A stretch of DNA of 43,908 bases, taken from NCBI GenBank assembly GCA_964422635.1, contig CAYRBY010000009.1, forward strand, positions 1 through 43,908. The letters are read 5' to 3'. Position numbers and translations under genes: made by a program. Shown here in pieces: positions 1 to 10,819 of this stretch. The first letter of the stretch is position 1. Every line of letters starts with the position of its first letter. The notes beneath the pieces are model-generated. The model saw only the letters and a list, made by a program, of their open reading frames with translations. It made no database searches and was not told the DNA's origin. This stretch comes from an uncultured bacterium. Its GTDB lineage: Bacteria; Omnitrophota; Omnitrophia; Omnitrophales; Aquincolibacteriaceae.

Positions 1-599
1 TTGCCCTTCACAATTTCGTTTGTCTTCATAATGCCAAGGGCCATGGCATTCACCAACGGGTTTCCCTCATAGCATTCATCAAAATAAACTTCTCCGCCAA
101 TCGTCGGTACACCAATGCAATTCCCGTAGTGCGCGATACCTGCCACCACGCCGCGGAACAGCCTCTTGGTCACAGGCGCATCCAAATGGCCAAAGCGAAG
201 GGAGTTCATCAATAAAATCGGGCGTGAACCCATGGTAAAAATATCACGAAGAATGCCGCCAACACCGGTTGCGGCACCCTGAAAAGGTTCAATGGCTGAG
301 GGGTGATTATGGCTTTCGATTTTGAAACAAATAGCAAGGCCGTCTCCGATGTCCACAATGCCTGCATTCTCTTCACCTGCACGAACCAACAGATTAGGCC
401 CTTCCGTTGGAAAGGTTTTTAGGATGGGCTTAGAGTTTTTATAAGAGCAGTGTTCACTCCACATGACACTGAAAATACCAAGTTCCGTAAAGTTGGGGTC
501 GCGGCCCAGAATTTTCACAATCCGCTGATACTCAGCTTCCGTAATTCCGTGTGCAGCGATCATTTCAGGGGTGATTTTAATTTGGGTTTCCGTAGTCAT
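1..599 (-). CDS. purL: phosphoribosylformylglycinamidine synthase subunit PurL, N-terminal ~199 codons (gene continues beyond window start)
   Basis: Absent from the ORF track because no stop lies in the window. My translation of the minus strand from ATG 599..597 gives [58 protein letters not shown]...[27 protein letters not shown]. These are typical PurL N-terminal motifs. The gene follows purS-purQ as in purSQL operons. Confidence 0.9.
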   Translation of the reverse strand, partial: MTTETQIKITPEMIAAHGITEAEYQRIVKILGRDPNFTELGIFSVMWSEHCSYKNSKPILKTFPTEGPNLLVRAGEENAGIVDIGDGLAICFKIESHNHPSAIEPFQGAATGVGGILRDIFTMGSRPILLMNSLRFGHLDAPVTKRLFRGVVAGIAHYGNCIGVPTIGGEVYFDECYEGNPLVNAMALGIMKTNEIVKG

Positions 600-604
600 A
601 GACC

Positions 605-1297
605 CTAAGCTCCGACAAGGCTTTCAAAAATTTTCCGGCCATGGTCAAATCCAAGCACCGGTTCACTGGCACGTTCAGGGTGAGGCATCATTCCCAGGAC
701 ATTCCGCTTCTCATTAAATATTCCCGCGATATTGTCTCGCGAGCCATTCGGGTTGAATTCCGGTGTGGTCTTGCCGTCACGCGAAGAATAACGGAAAGCA
801 ATGCGTGACTGGTCCTGCAGTTTTTTTAGCGTGTCATCATCACAAAAATAGTTACCTTCTCCATGAGCTATCGGAACACAAATCGTTTCGCCCTTTTTTA
901 GGCCTCGGGTGAAAACGCTGTTGGTGTCCTCCACACGAAGCCAAACATGTTCACAGACAAAAGTCATCGAGGCATTCCGAAGCATAGCGCCAGGAAGAAG
1001 TCCTGACTCGAGCAGAATCTGAAACCCGTTACAGATACCCAGGACAAGGCGTCCCTCATGGGCATGCTTGATAACGGCGTCCATAGCTGGAGAGAAGCGG
1101 GCCACAGCGCCCGTACGAAGATAATCGCCGTAGCTGAATCCGCCAGGTAGAATCACAAGATCAACTTTGGGGAGAGTCTTTTCCTTATGCCACACATAAG
1201 AAACATCCATACGCATGACATCTTTCAGAACATTAAAGCAGTCGGTATCGCAATTGGATCCTGGAAAAACGATGACCGCTGCTTTCATGCTACTCAT
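605..1297 (-). CDS. purQ: phosphoribosylformylglycinamidine synthase, glutamine amidotransferase subunit PurQ
   Basis: ORF 605..1372. Class I amidotransferase motifs are present (LGICNGFQ with the catalytic Cys, MPHPER). The likely true start is ATG 1297 ([17 protein letters not shown]), forming a TAATG overlap with the purS stop. ATG 1288 is also possible. Confidence 0.9.
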   Translation of the reverse strand: MSSMKAAVIVFPGSNCDTDCFNVLKDVMRMDVSYVWHKEKTLPKVDLVILPGGFSYGDYLRTGAVARFSPAMDAVIKHAHEGRLVLGICNGFQILLESGLLPGAMLRNASMTFVCEHVWLRVEDTNSVFTRGLKKGETICVPIAHGEGNYFCDDDTLKKLQDQSRIAFRYSSRDGKTTPEFNPNGSRDNIAGIFNEKRNVLGMMPHPERASEPVLGFDHGRKIFESLVGA

Positions 1298-1557
1298 TAG
1301 CGGACCGCTTTTTCTTCCCGAAGCGACAGGGAGTATTCTTCGATAACGGGATTGATCAAAAGCTTGTCGCACATTTCCCGGATCCTGGCTTCCGCACGGG
1401 CTTTATCCGCCTCATCTACAGTCAGCTCAAAAAACTTGCCCACGCGAAGATCACGGGCTTCTTTAAAGCCTAGTGTAGAAAGCGCATGAAGAACGGTTTG
1501 TCCCTGGGGATCAAGTACTGATTTTTTAAGCGTCACATTGATCGTGGCTTTAAACAT
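1297..1557 (-). CDS. purS: phosphoribosylformylglycinamidine synthase subunit PurS
   Basis: 86-aa ORF ([22 protein letters not shown]...) with PurS size and motif. It sits between purC and purQ. Confidence 0.85.
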   Translation of the reverse strand: MFKATINVTLKKSVLDPQGQTVLHALSTLGFKEARDLRVGKFFELTVDEADKARAEARIREMCDKLLINPVIEEYSLSLREEKAVR

Positions 1558-1568
1558 TAAGGCCCCTT

Positions 1569-2483
1569 TTAAAGTTCCCGGCCTGACAACCGCTTATAAA
1601 CATCGCGGTAGGCCTGTGAAGTTTTCTGGACAACGTCCGGCGGAAGTTCCGGTCCCGGAGGATTCTGGTTCCACCGGATGTCCAAGAGATAGTTGCGCAC
1701 AATTTGTTTATCGTAACTGGGCTGATCATGCCCCGCTTCATAGTTATCCTTAGGCCAGAAACGCGAGCTGTCCGGCGTCAAAACTTCATCAATCAAAATC
1801 AATTCACCTTTATAAACTCCAAATTCGAACTTGGTATCAGCAATCAAAATACCGCAGGTGTCAGCATAATCACGGCCTTTTTCATAAAGCTCTATGGTCA
1901 TTTTTTCCGCTTTTTTTGCAAGATCAGCGCCTATAAGCTGCGTGGCCTGATCAACACTGATGTTGATATCATGCCCTGTCGATTCCTTTGTTGCCGGCGT
2001 AAAAATAGGGGTTTTAAGCTTTTCGCACTGCTTCAGGCCCTCAGGAAGTTTATGCCCGCAAATCGCACCAGTCTTCAAATAATCTTTCCAGCCTGAGCCT
2101 GTAACATAACCGCGAACTACGCATTCGATGGGAAGCGGCTTGGCCTTTTTAACAAGCATGCTGCGCCCTTCGAGTGTGGCACCGTGTTCACGCAAAACAT
2201 TCTCCGGAAGGCCCATCTCACGGATATCCGCCGTAATCAAATGATGCGGCATCCAACTTTCAAATTTCTTCAGCCAGAATACTGAAAGCTGCGTCAGAAC
2301 CCTGCCTTTAAACGGAATAGGGTTAGGCAGAACAACGTCAAAAGCACTCAAGCGGTCTGTGGAAACAATCAAAAGCCGGTCACCGGGCATTTCATAAATA
2401 TCGCGCACTTTACCGCGGCCCAAAAGAGGGAGAGGAAGTTTCGTTTCGAGTATCGCATCCGGTGTCGTCATGGAAACTCCCAT
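1569..2483 (-). CDS. purC: phosphoribosylaminoimidazole-succinocarboxamide (SAICAR) synthase
   Basis: 304-aa ORF with GKVRDIY, STDRLSAFD and LIADTKFEFG motifs. An alternative start at ATG 2471 is preceded by GGGAG. Confidence 0.9.
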   Translation of the reverse strand: MGVSMTTPDAILETKLPLPLLGRGKVRDIYEMPGDRLLIVSTDRLSAFDVVLPNPIPFKGRVLTQLSVFWLKKFESWMPHHLITADIREMGLPENVLREHGATLEGRSMLVKKAKPLPIECVVRGYVTGSGWKDYLKTGAICGHKLPEGLKQCEKLKTPIFTPATKESTGHDINISVDQATQLIGADLAKKAEKMTIELYEKGRDYADTCGILIADTKFEFGVYKGELILIDEVLTPDSSRFWPKDNYEAGHDQPSYDKQIVRNYLLDIRWNQNPPGPELPPDVVQKTSQAYRDVYKRLSGREL

Positions 2484-2512
2484 AGCTTCTATGTCTCCAG
2501 TAAAAGGCCGGC

Positions 2513-3856
2513 TTATGCCTTGGCCATTGTTTTTTTCTTTTTGACTTGTTGCTTTTTTGCTGGAATTCCAACCCTGTCGAAAATCTTGTTCACGTTTTTA
2601 AGGTGATACGCATAATCAAAAACGCTTTCTGCTTCCTTAAGACTCAGGTGCTTCAAAATCGCCGGGTCATTCACAACCGCTTCACGAAGGGAAACAACGC
2701 CCTCGTCCCAGACTTTCTTAGCCGCCTCTTGAACCAAGGCATAAGCAGCTTCGCGCGTCAGCCCTTTCTCAACAAGTTTGAGAAGAAGGCCTTGCGAAAA
2801 GACAACACCACGGCTCTTTTCCAGATTGTTCAGCATATTGTCTTTGAGAACCAGAAGGTCACGGATTACACCCTGCATTAAGGTCAGCATATAGTGAATC
2901 AGAATCGTACTGTCCGGGAAAATAACTCTCTCCACAGAGGAGTGCGTAATATCGCGTTCATGCCAAAGGGCAACGTTTTCCATTCCGGCAAGAGCATTAC
3001 CGCGAAGAATACGGGAAAGACCCGCAATACGCTCACACGTAATCGGATTCCGCTTATGGGGCATCGCGGACGAACCTTTTTGTCCTTTTCCGAAATGCTC
3101 CTGGACTTCCAGGGTTTCGGTCTTCTGAAGCCCCCGGATTTCCGTGGCCAGTTTTTCAAGCGAACACCCTAGCAAGGCTATGGTATTGAGGTATTCCGCA
3201 TGGCGGTCACGCTGGACGATCTGAGTAGAAATAGGAGCGGGTTTAAGCCCGAGGCGGCGGCAAACATCTTCTTCTACTTTAGGATCCACATTAGCAAAAG
3301 TACCCACAGCCCCTGAAATTTTACCGAATTCCACATTTTCAGCCGCGGCGTCGAAACGGCGCAGGTTGCGCTGAAACTCCTGGTAAAAAAGCGCCATTTT
3401 AAGGCCGAAAGTTGTCGGTTCGGCATGAACCCCATGGCTGCGTCCGGCCATAACGGTATTACGGTGCTCATCTGCTTTTTCACGAAGAATATCAATCAAC
3501 GTTACAATTTCTTTGCGGATGAGTTTAGAGGCTTCTTTTATCTGAAGTGCAAGCCCCGTATCAAGGATGTCCGAAGAAGTGAGCCCAAAATGAACATAAC
3601 GTCCGGCCGGGCCGACGTATTCGGCAAGGTTGGTGAGAAAGGCAATGACATCGTGGTTAACAACCCGTTCGATTTCCTGAATACGTTCAAGGTTGAAGTT
3701 GGCCTTCTTACGAACCTTGGCGGGGATATCTCTGGGGATATAGCGATACTTTGCAAGAGCGTCCAAAGCGGCTAGTTCGACTTCAAGCCACTTAGCGACC
3801 TTGCTATGCTCAGTCCACAATGCGCCCATTTCGGGCCGTGTATACCGCGAAATCAT
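2513..3856 (-). CDS. purB: adenylosuccinate lyase
   Basis: ORF 2513..3883 (GTG). The fumarate-lyase signature GSSAMPHKRNP is present. The N-terminus MISRYTRPEMGALW matches the usual PurB start, so ATG 3856 (AGGA upstream) is preferred over GTG 3883. Confidence 0.9.
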   Translation of the reverse strand: MISRYTRPEMGALWTEHSKVAKWLEVELAALDALAKYRYIPRDIPAKVRKKANFNLERIQEIERVVNHDVIAFLTNLAEYVGPAGRYVHFGLTSSDILDTGLALQIKEASKLIRKEIVTLIDILREKADEHRNTVMAGRSHGVHAEPTTFGLKMALFYQEFQRNLRRFDAAAENVEFGKISGAVGTFANVDPKVEEDVCRRLGLKPAPISTQIVQRDRHAEYLNTIALLGCSLEKLATEIRGLQKTETLEVQEHFGKGQKGSSAMPHKRNPITCERIAGLSRILRGNALAGMENVALWHERDITHSSVERVIFPDSTILIHYMLTLMQGVIRDLLVLKDNMLNNLEKSRGVVFSQGLLLKLVEKGLTREAAYALVQEAAKKVWDEGVVSLREAVVNDPAILKHLSLKEAESVFDYAYHLKNVNKIFDRVGIPAKKQQVKKKKTMAKA

Positions 3857-3899
3857 ACCAATCCTGATTCTGGGTTCAACCACGCCGCGGTCTATCGCA

Positions 3900-3974
3900 T
3901 AGCGCTAACGGGATTTAAACCCGTGTTTTTGCCTTGAGAGGGCAACGTCCTAGATCGGGCTAGACGATAGCGCC
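3900..3974 (-). tRNA. tRNA-Glu (anticodon CUC), no encoded CCA
   Basis: Hand-folded cloverleaf of 75 nt. Acceptor stem GGCGCTA/TAGCGCT (G1:U72 wobble), discriminator A. D arm GTCT-AGCCCGATCTA-GGAC. Anticodon arm TTGCC-CTCTCAA-GGCAA. Variable loop AAAC. T arm ACGGG-TTTAAAT-CCCGT. Confidence 0.75.
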
Positions 3975-4096
3975 ATGATGCGTATCGAGTCCCACGAATG
4001 GTTGAGTTGGAAGCGGAAAAGTTAAGAACCGCTGTTGCGGCAAAGACGAGCGGAGTATAGCGAAGGTGGGCGGTTATGTCAATTGATGCCGTGGAC

Positions 4097-4534
4097 TTAC
4101 CGTCGGCGTTTCAAATCGTCGACTTCCCTGTCAAGCATCCGAAGGCGTTCATCCATCAGACGGAGACTGCGCTCCAGCTGGGCCACGCGGCTTTCAACCC
4201 GGTCCACACGGGTATTGCCATCTACCGTTTCCACATCCGGAGAGGGCTGAGGCTGCTCAGGAAGACGTGCCGATTGCGGTTTAGGCGTCTTTTTAAGAAG
4301 AGCCGCGGCAGGGACGTTCGCAACAGCAGTACTTGATGATGTGGGAGAGGGCTTACTCAAGGTATCAAGAGATGACTTGAATTCACTTTCCCACTGGTTG
4401 AAATCCGAGGCTTCCGGCGCAGCATTTTCAGAAGCAATTCCTTCATCAGCATGGACCGTTCCACTTAAGCTGAAGATCATCAATGAAAGGAAAAGAAATG
4501 TCGGTTTCAATGGAACCTCCAAATTTTTGTGCAT
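4097..4534 (-). CDS. hypothetical secreted protein with C-terminal coiled coil
   Basis: ORF 4097..4561 (GTG). Internal ATG 4534 gives a signal peptide, MHKNLEVPLKPTFLFLSLMIFSLSGTVHA/DEG. A Ser/Pro-rich linker follows, then the heptad-like RVDRVESRVAQLERSLRLMDERLRMLDREVDDLKRRR. I recognise no family. Confidence 0.55.
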   Translation of the reverse strand: MHKNLEVPLKPTFLFLSLMIFSLSGTVHADEGIASENAAPEASDFNQWESEFKSSLDTLSKPSPTSSSTAVANVPAAALLKKTPKPQSARLPEQPQPSPDVETVDGNTRVDRVESRVAQLERSLRLMDERLRMLDREVDDLKRRR

Positions 4535-4564
4535 TGTATCAAAGAAACCCCGCAAAAGCACCCG

Positions 4565-5479
4565 CTATCCACGCGGGTGGAACTGCGAATGAACTGTTTT
4601 AAGCCTGTCACGCGAAACATGCGTGTAAATCTGAGTCGTCGCAATATCTGCGTGCCCGAGCAGCTCCTGGACCACCCGAAGATCAGCTCCATGCTCCAAA
4701 AGATGAGTCGCAAAAGAATGCCGGAAAGTGTGCGGTGTGATGTCTTTTTGAATGCCTGCAGTCCGTGCATATTTTTTAATCAGAAACCATATCATCTGCC
4801 GGGTCAACCCATGACCGCCGCGCGCCAGAAAAAGATGTTCGGTTTTTGGCTTTTGAAGCGGTCGGACTTTTTCGAGATAAACGGCTACCGCTTCGGCCGC
4901 AAGCCGCCCCACGGGAACAATGCGCTCTTTGCTCCCCTTCCCTTTGCAGCGTAAAAAGGAATTTTCCAGATTAAAGTCCCCCACTTTCACGCCTGCAATT
5001 TCCGACACTCGAAGGCCTGTGGAGTACAGACACTCCAGCAAAGCAAAATCACGAACCCCTGACGGCTGGCTCCTGTCCGGGGCTTTCAATATGGCTTCTA
5101 CTTCCGCGGCCGTCAAAAAGTGCGGCAGCTTTTTCCAAAGCCTGGGAGAGTCAAGAACACTGGTAACATCTTCAAGAAGATGGCGCTCTTTAACCAAAAA
5201 ACGATGGAAGAGTTTCACCGCCACGAGCCGCCGCGCCAGAGTGGCGGAATCCAAACCGCGGTTTTTTTCCTTAATTAAAAAGTTAAGGATCTGTTCGCGT
5301 TTTACCTGCTCCCAACTTGAAATTTTCAGGGTTTGTTTGATGAAGGATACGTAAAAAATAAGGTCCTGGCGATACGCGGCAAGGGTATTGGCTGACAACC
5401 CCCGCTCCACAGCGAGGTAGCTCAGAAAGTCTATCAAGAAAGGGTCACCGGACAGACCGGCTTGATCGAGTTCACTCAT
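4565..5479 (-). CDS. tyrosine site-specific recombinase, XerC/XerD family
   Basis: 304 aa. It has an N-terminal SAM-like domain (LSANTLAAYRQDL) and the catalytic region RHSFATHLLEHGADLRVVQELLGHADIATTQIYTHV, which carries the R..HxxR..Y residues. Confidence 0.9.
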   Translation of the reverse strand: MSELDQAGLSGDPFLIDFLSYLAVERGLSANTLAAYRQDLIFYVSFIKQTLKISSWEQVKREQILNFLIKEKNRGLDSATLARRLVAVKLFHRFLVKERHLLEDVTSVLDSPRLWKKLPHFLTAAEVEAILKAPDRSQPSGVRDFALLECLYSTGLRVSEIAGVKVGDFNLENSFLRCKGKGSKERIVPVGRLAAEAVAVYLEKVRPLQKPKTEHLFLARGGHGLTRQMIWFLIKKYARTAGIQKDITPHTFRHSFATHLLEHGADLRVVQELLGHADIATTQIYTHVSRDRLKTVHSQFHPRG

Positions 5480-5525
5480 CCCTAAGCCTATCGGCTTTTT
5501 AAGGGGATGTCTTTATGGCAGGAAT

Positions 5526-7622
<2,097 letters not shown>

Positions 7623-7668
7623 TCAAATTTCGGGGAGGTTCCGAAGGGAAAATCGAAACAAAAAATAT

Positions 7669-7968
7669 CTAATAAGTAACATCAAAGCTTTGGTACCGGC
7701 CTTCAGCTTGAGAGGTCACAATCTGCTCTTCCTGAATGTATTCACCCAAATGAGAAGTACGAACAGCAGACAAAAACGCCCGAACCTCCTTCCCATCGCC
7801 TTCCGCTAACAATTCTACGCGGCCGTCTGACAGATTTTTGACGTACCCGCAAACACAGAATTTTTTCGATAAGCTCCTGCAAGTTGCCCGGAAACCCACC
7901 CCTTGAACCCGCCCTCTGTAGAAAACAATAACCTGCTCAGCCGCACTTTCCATCCAGAAGCTTTCCAT
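7669..7968 (-). CDS. acyP: acylphosphatase
   Basis: 99-aa ORF with the acylphosphatase signature RGRVQGVGFRATC...GYVKNLSDGRVEL. The start may instead be ATG 7953. Either start overlaps the 3' end of the upstream MORN gene. Confidence 0.8.
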   Translation of the reverse strand: MESFWMESAAEQVIVFYRGRVQGVGFRATCRSLSKKFCVCGYVKNLSDGRVELLAEGDGKEVRAFLSAVRTSHLGEYIQEEQIVTSQAEGRYQSFDVTY

Positions 7969-8500
7969 GTTCGTAGCAAAGAACTTTTATGACATTTCCC
8001 GCAGCATCAAAAATGCGGCACCTTCCATGCAGGAAATCATTCACAAAAAAAGATTCTTCGCTCATTTTTCCATTCGGATGATACTTAATGTGAACCCCTT
8101 CATGAAGATCGTTACGAAAATGAATCTCTTCCTTAAGCGTGCCGTCTTCATAGTAAATTTGTGCAGCGCCGTTTAACTTGCCGTTTTTAAACGGCCACTT
8201 GTCTTTAAGCGTTCCGTTTTCATACCACGTTCGCAGCAGGCCTTGCATCCCTCCACGGACATACCGGACTTCCCTCCGGCGCGCGCCACTTGGATAAAAC
8301 CAGCGCGAAAGACCATGCTGCATCCCATCGCGATAGGAAAGGGATTCCTTGAGAACTCCCCGGTCATCATAAATGCACGTCACCCCATCACGCTTGCCGC
8401 CCTTCAAAATCGTCTCTTGCTCAAGCTTTCCATCAGGATAGAAGGTTCGTCGTGTTTCGACTTTGCAGGGATCTCTAAGAGACGGTTCGTTGCTTTTCAT
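7937..8500 (-). CDS. MORN-repeat (MORN_2/YwqK-type) protein
   Basis: ORF 7937..8632. The likely start is ATG 8500 (MKSNEPSL...), 5 nt after the upstream stop. Repeats of about 23 aa recur about seven times, e.g. YPDGKLEQETILKGGKRDGV / YYEDGTLKEEIHFRNDLHEGV. Confidence 0.75.
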   Translation of the reverse strand: MKSNEPSLRDPCKVETRRTFYPDGKLEQETILKGGKRDGVTCIYDDRGVLKESLSYRDGMQHGLSRWFYPSGARRREVRYVRGGMQGLLRTWYENGTLKDKWPFKNGKLNGAAQIYYEDGTLKEEIHFRNDLHEGVHIKYHPNGKMSEESFFVNDFLHGRCRIFDAAGNVIKVLCYEHGKLLDGKCG

Positions 8501-8507
8501 GAGGGAA

Positions 8508-8894
8508 TCACTGGGGAAGTGTGTCGGAACCGGAAGCATTTTTTTCGGAGCCGGACGAATCAGGACTGTGAGACATTTGGCGGAGACGCTCCGCATAGCT
8601 GTCGTTCTCACGCCCCAAAGCAGCAATCTCATCGGCCTGTTCCGCAGAGATTTTTTTCAAATTTTCATAGGCTTTATCTTTCAAGCCGGACTCTTTTTTT
8701 AAGAGCGCTATTTCCCCGGGAAGATCCTTACCTTGTTCCAATTTAAGCTGCAGATCCGAGATTTCTTTCTGGAGTTCAGCGTTTTCACTTGTAACCCTGT
8801 GCACTTCGGCATTTAAACGCTGCTCTTTGATGTTCGAGACGACAGCCAGAATCACAATCAAAATTACGCTGATCCCAAAAAACACCTTTGGCAT
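8508..8894 (-). CDS. hypothetical bitopic membrane protein with coiled coil
   Basis: ORF 8508..8951. ATG 8894 is preceded by AAAGGA. The product is MPKVFFGISVILIVILAVV (TM helix) followed by heptad-rich ENAELQKEISDLQLKLEQ.... Confidence 0.55.
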   Translation of the reverse strand: MPKVFFGISVILIVILAVVSNIKEQRLNAEVHRVTSENAELQKEISDLQLKLEQGKDLPGEIALLKKESGLKDKAYENLKKISAEQADEIAALGRENDSYAERLRQMSHSPDSSGSEKNASGSDTLPQ

Positions 8895-9066
8895 AAATGT
8901 CCTTTCGCCTGAAGCATACTTCGCGATGTCTGCAGACTGCAAGCCGTGCACTCAAAGAAAACGTCGGTATATAAAAATTCGTCTATCCAAAATAAAAGCT
9001 GTAGCGAATTCGGAATTTCGGGTTCCTTATAAATAAACTCCTTTTAAAATATTTCAAGGAAGTTTC

Positions 9067-9095
9067 TTTTCATTCAAGAGGCGTTCCCATATAAT
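9067..9095 (+). promoter_or_regulatory. candidate sigma70-type promoter for the GST gene
   Basis: TTTTCA (9067-9072), a 17-nt spacer, then a perfect TATAAT (9090-9095) in the AT-rich divergent intergenic region. This implies a ~150-nt leader before ATG 9243. Confidence 0.35.
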
Positions 9096-9242
9096 GTGCC
9101 AACAAAGCATTCTCAACGCTCGCTCTTTGCAGAAATTTTAACACATCTTTACGGCAAAAACCGGATAGTTCCCCTTCCTAACTGGAAGGTTACGTCTCCG
9201 GCATTCTTTTTGCGGTATTCAAGTTTTGAAGGAGACCACGGT

Positions 9243-9869
9243 ATGATTCAAGTTTATTATGCTGCACCATCAATCTATGGACGCAAAGTACTGGCTGTTC
9301 TGGAGGAAAAGGAACTTGATTACGAAATTAAAAAATTAAGCTTTGCGGACAAGGATCATTTGAAAGCGGATTATCTTAAAATTAATCCTAACGGAGAAAT
9401 TCCTGCCCTCGTTGACGAAGGATTTACCGTTTACGAATCAACCGCGATCGTCGAGTATTTAAATGATGAATATCCGGAGCCCCCGCTCATGCCCGAAGAC
9501 TCTGAAGGCCGCGCGCAGGTTCGTATGATCGATGATTATTGTGACCTGCATCTTTATCCAGAAATCGTGCGCTGCATGTTTAAAAAAATCCTCAAACATG
9601 AGGAGCTCACCGCGGATGACATCAAAGCTCTTGCTGAAAAAATGAAGAGAATCGATGATTACCTGGCTAAGAAGACCTGGCTTGTCGGGGATTTTTCTAT
9701 CGCGGATTGCGCCATCATGCCTGCGATTTCAAGCCTTGAAGCTTTTGGTGTTCTAGACGAATGCTTAACAACACCAGAACTGAAATCTTATGCTGGGCGC
9801 CTGAAGGCTCGCAAAGGTTATAAGGGCGGGAATCTGTTGAGCGTGGAAACAGCGGCCACAGCGTCTTAA
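9243..9869 (+). CDS. glutathione S-transferase family protein
   Basis: ORF 9096..9869 (GTG). ATG 9243 is preceded by GAAGGAG. The product has a thioredoxin-like N-domain (MIQVYYAAPSIYGRKVLAVLEEKELDYE...NPNGEIPALVD..VYESTAIVEYL) and a helical C-domain. Confidence 0.85.
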   Translation: MIQVYYAAPSIYGRKVLAVLEEKELDYEIKKLSFADKDHLKADYLKINPNGEIPALVDEGFTVYESTAIVEYLNDEYPEPPLMPEDSEGRAQVRMIDDYCDLHLYPEIVRCMFKKILKHEELTADDIKALAEKMKRIDDYLAKKTWLVGDFSIADCAIMPAISSLEAFGVLDECLTTPELKSYAGRLKARKGYKGGNLLSVETAATAS

Positions 9870-9893
9870 CAAAACAATTCCAGATTTGAACTG

Positions 9894-9930
9894 GCCCCTG
9901 GCTGAGAATTCAGCCGGGGGCTTTTATTTA
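9894..9930 (+). terminator. rho-independent terminator after the GST gene
   Basis: 12-bp stem GCCCCTGGCTGA (9894-9905) / TCAGCCGGGGGC (9910-9921) with one G:U pair and loop GAAT, followed by TTTTATTTA. The T-tract overlaps the stop codon of the convergent MORN gene. Confidence 0.7.
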
Positions 9931-10301
9931 AATTTTTTCTCGGAAACAATATCTCCCACCGAATCATATTCCTTGCGGTTCTTTTTCACTCCACCCGAGT
10001 ACTCATCCTGATAACGCAGATTGCCTTCGGCGGTATAAAATTTTGCCACGCCTTCTCTCACCCCATTTTTGAACTGAAACTCAGACTTAATTTTACCGTC
10101 GGAGTAATAGGTTCGAGTGGGGCCCTCCTGAACACCGTTCTTGAAATTCTTCTCACCTACTTTTTTATTAAAAAAGAAATATTCTTCTTTTTCTCCGTCG
10201 AGCAGCTGGCTTTTTTCCGAGTGAAAGTTAATCAGACAAAAAAAGCCTCCCAGTGCAATAATCACAATAACAGCTGCGAGTGCCTTTAACGCACGCATCA
10301 T
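9924..10301 (-). CDS. MORN-repeat (MORN_2/YwqK-type) protein, membrane-anchored
   Basis: 125 aa with AAGGAG upstream. It has an N-terminal anchor (ALKALAAVIVIIALGGFFCLI) and then repeats such as YYSDGKIKSEFQFKNGVREGV and FYTAEGNLRYQDEY. Confidence 0.7.
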   Translation of the reverse strand: MMRALKALAAVIVIIALGGFFCLINFHSEKSQLLDGEKEEYFFFNKKVGEKNFKNGVQEGPTRTYYSDGKIKSEFQFKNGVREGVAKFYTAEGNLRYQDEYSGGVKKNRKEYDSVGDIVSEKKFK

Positions 10302-10326
10302 AAAATGAATCTCCTTTAATTTTTAT

Positions 10327-10755
10327 TTAAGCCGGAATCCGAGGCTCTTCGCACAAGTTCACAAAGCCTTCACTATCATAACTCCAAAGCCCCACGGCTC
10401 TGCCCTGCATATTGATTTCCTGAGCCGCCAAACGTCCTGATTCAGAGTAAATTTTGGCCATTCCGACAGGCTTATTACTTTCCATACGGACCATTTTCTT
10501 GACCTGCCCTGTCTCATAGAATGTCTGAGTTACCCCGTCAAGACGGTTTGCTTTATAACGCATTAGAGCCCCAAGGGCCCCGCTTTCATAATACCATTTC
10601 GCATCGCCATCGAGCCGTCCGTCCTTGATTGGAAACTCGCCTTTCACAGCGCCGCTTTCATAATAAGTGCGAAATGTGCCGTTTTTTTCGGCCGCAAGGC
10701 CGCTGGCCGGCGCTAAAATTAAAAAAAACAGAAAAAAATTTAGGGGGCTGCGCAT
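10327..10755 (-). CDS. MORN-repeat (MORN_2/YwqK-type) protein, secreted
   Basis: 142 aa with GGGAGG upstream. It has a signal peptide (MRSPLNFFLFFLILAPASGLAA/EK) and then repeats such as YYESGAVKGEFPIKDGRLDGD and WYYESGALGALMRYKANRLDGV. Confidence 0.7.
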   Translation of the reverse strand: MRSPLNFFLFFLILAPASGLAAEKNGTFRTYYESGAVKGEFPIKDGRLDGDAKWYYESGALGALMRYKANRLDGVTQTFYETGQVKKMVRMESNKPVGMAKIYSESGRLAAQEINMQGRAVGLWSYDSEGFVNLCEEPRIPA

Positions 10756-10782
10756 AATCCTCCCATTTTTGGGGGTCTTTAG

Positions 10783-10819
10783 ACTATCGGCAAAAAGCGA
10801 AGAGAATCAAACGGTTTTT
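10783..10819 (-). promoter_or_regulatory. promoter-like conserved motif, copy A (upstream of MORN gene 10755)
   Basis: The minus strand reads AAAAACC-GTTTGATTC-TC-TTC-GCTT-TTTGCCGATAGT. TTGATT, a 16-nt spacer, then GATAGT fits -35/-10 geometry, about 28 nt before ATG 10755. The motif overlaps the stop codon of the upstream fusion gene. It matches copy B at 24 of 30 core positions plus a shared A5 tract. Confidence 0.4.

Noticed and set aside
3857-4096. Purine riboswitch or other leader upstream of the pur operon.
   Set aside because: The space is occupied by the tRNA-Glu gene. The remaining sequence shows no three-way-junction-like complementarity that I could fold. The small hairpin CCGC-AACA-GCGG near 4029-4040 has only 4 bp.
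3900-5479. A tyrosine recombinase gene ~600 nt from a tRNA gene, raising the possibility of an integrative element or genomic island boundary.
   Set aside because: The recombinase has the full XerC/D-type architecture and is flanked by core genes (ligA, pur operon). I found no direct repeat of the tRNA 3' end and no phage or conjugation genes. A housekeeping Xer is the simpler reading.
5480-5525. GCCGATAGG upstream of the xer gene, resembling the -10 half (GCCGATAGT) of the bracketing motif.
   Set aside because: The upstream half (GTTTGATTC) is only loosely matched (TTTAGATTC) and sits at a different spacing, 26 nt rather than 12 nt. The element would lie only 7 nt from the ATG. This is not enough to call a third copy.
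7937-10755. MORN_2/YwqK proteins as toxin-antitoxin 'antitoxins'.
   Set aside because: No adjacent toxin-like gene exists (no LXG/YwqJ-type deaminase or nuclease). Two of the three proteins carry export signals, which does not fit a cytoplasmic antitoxin.
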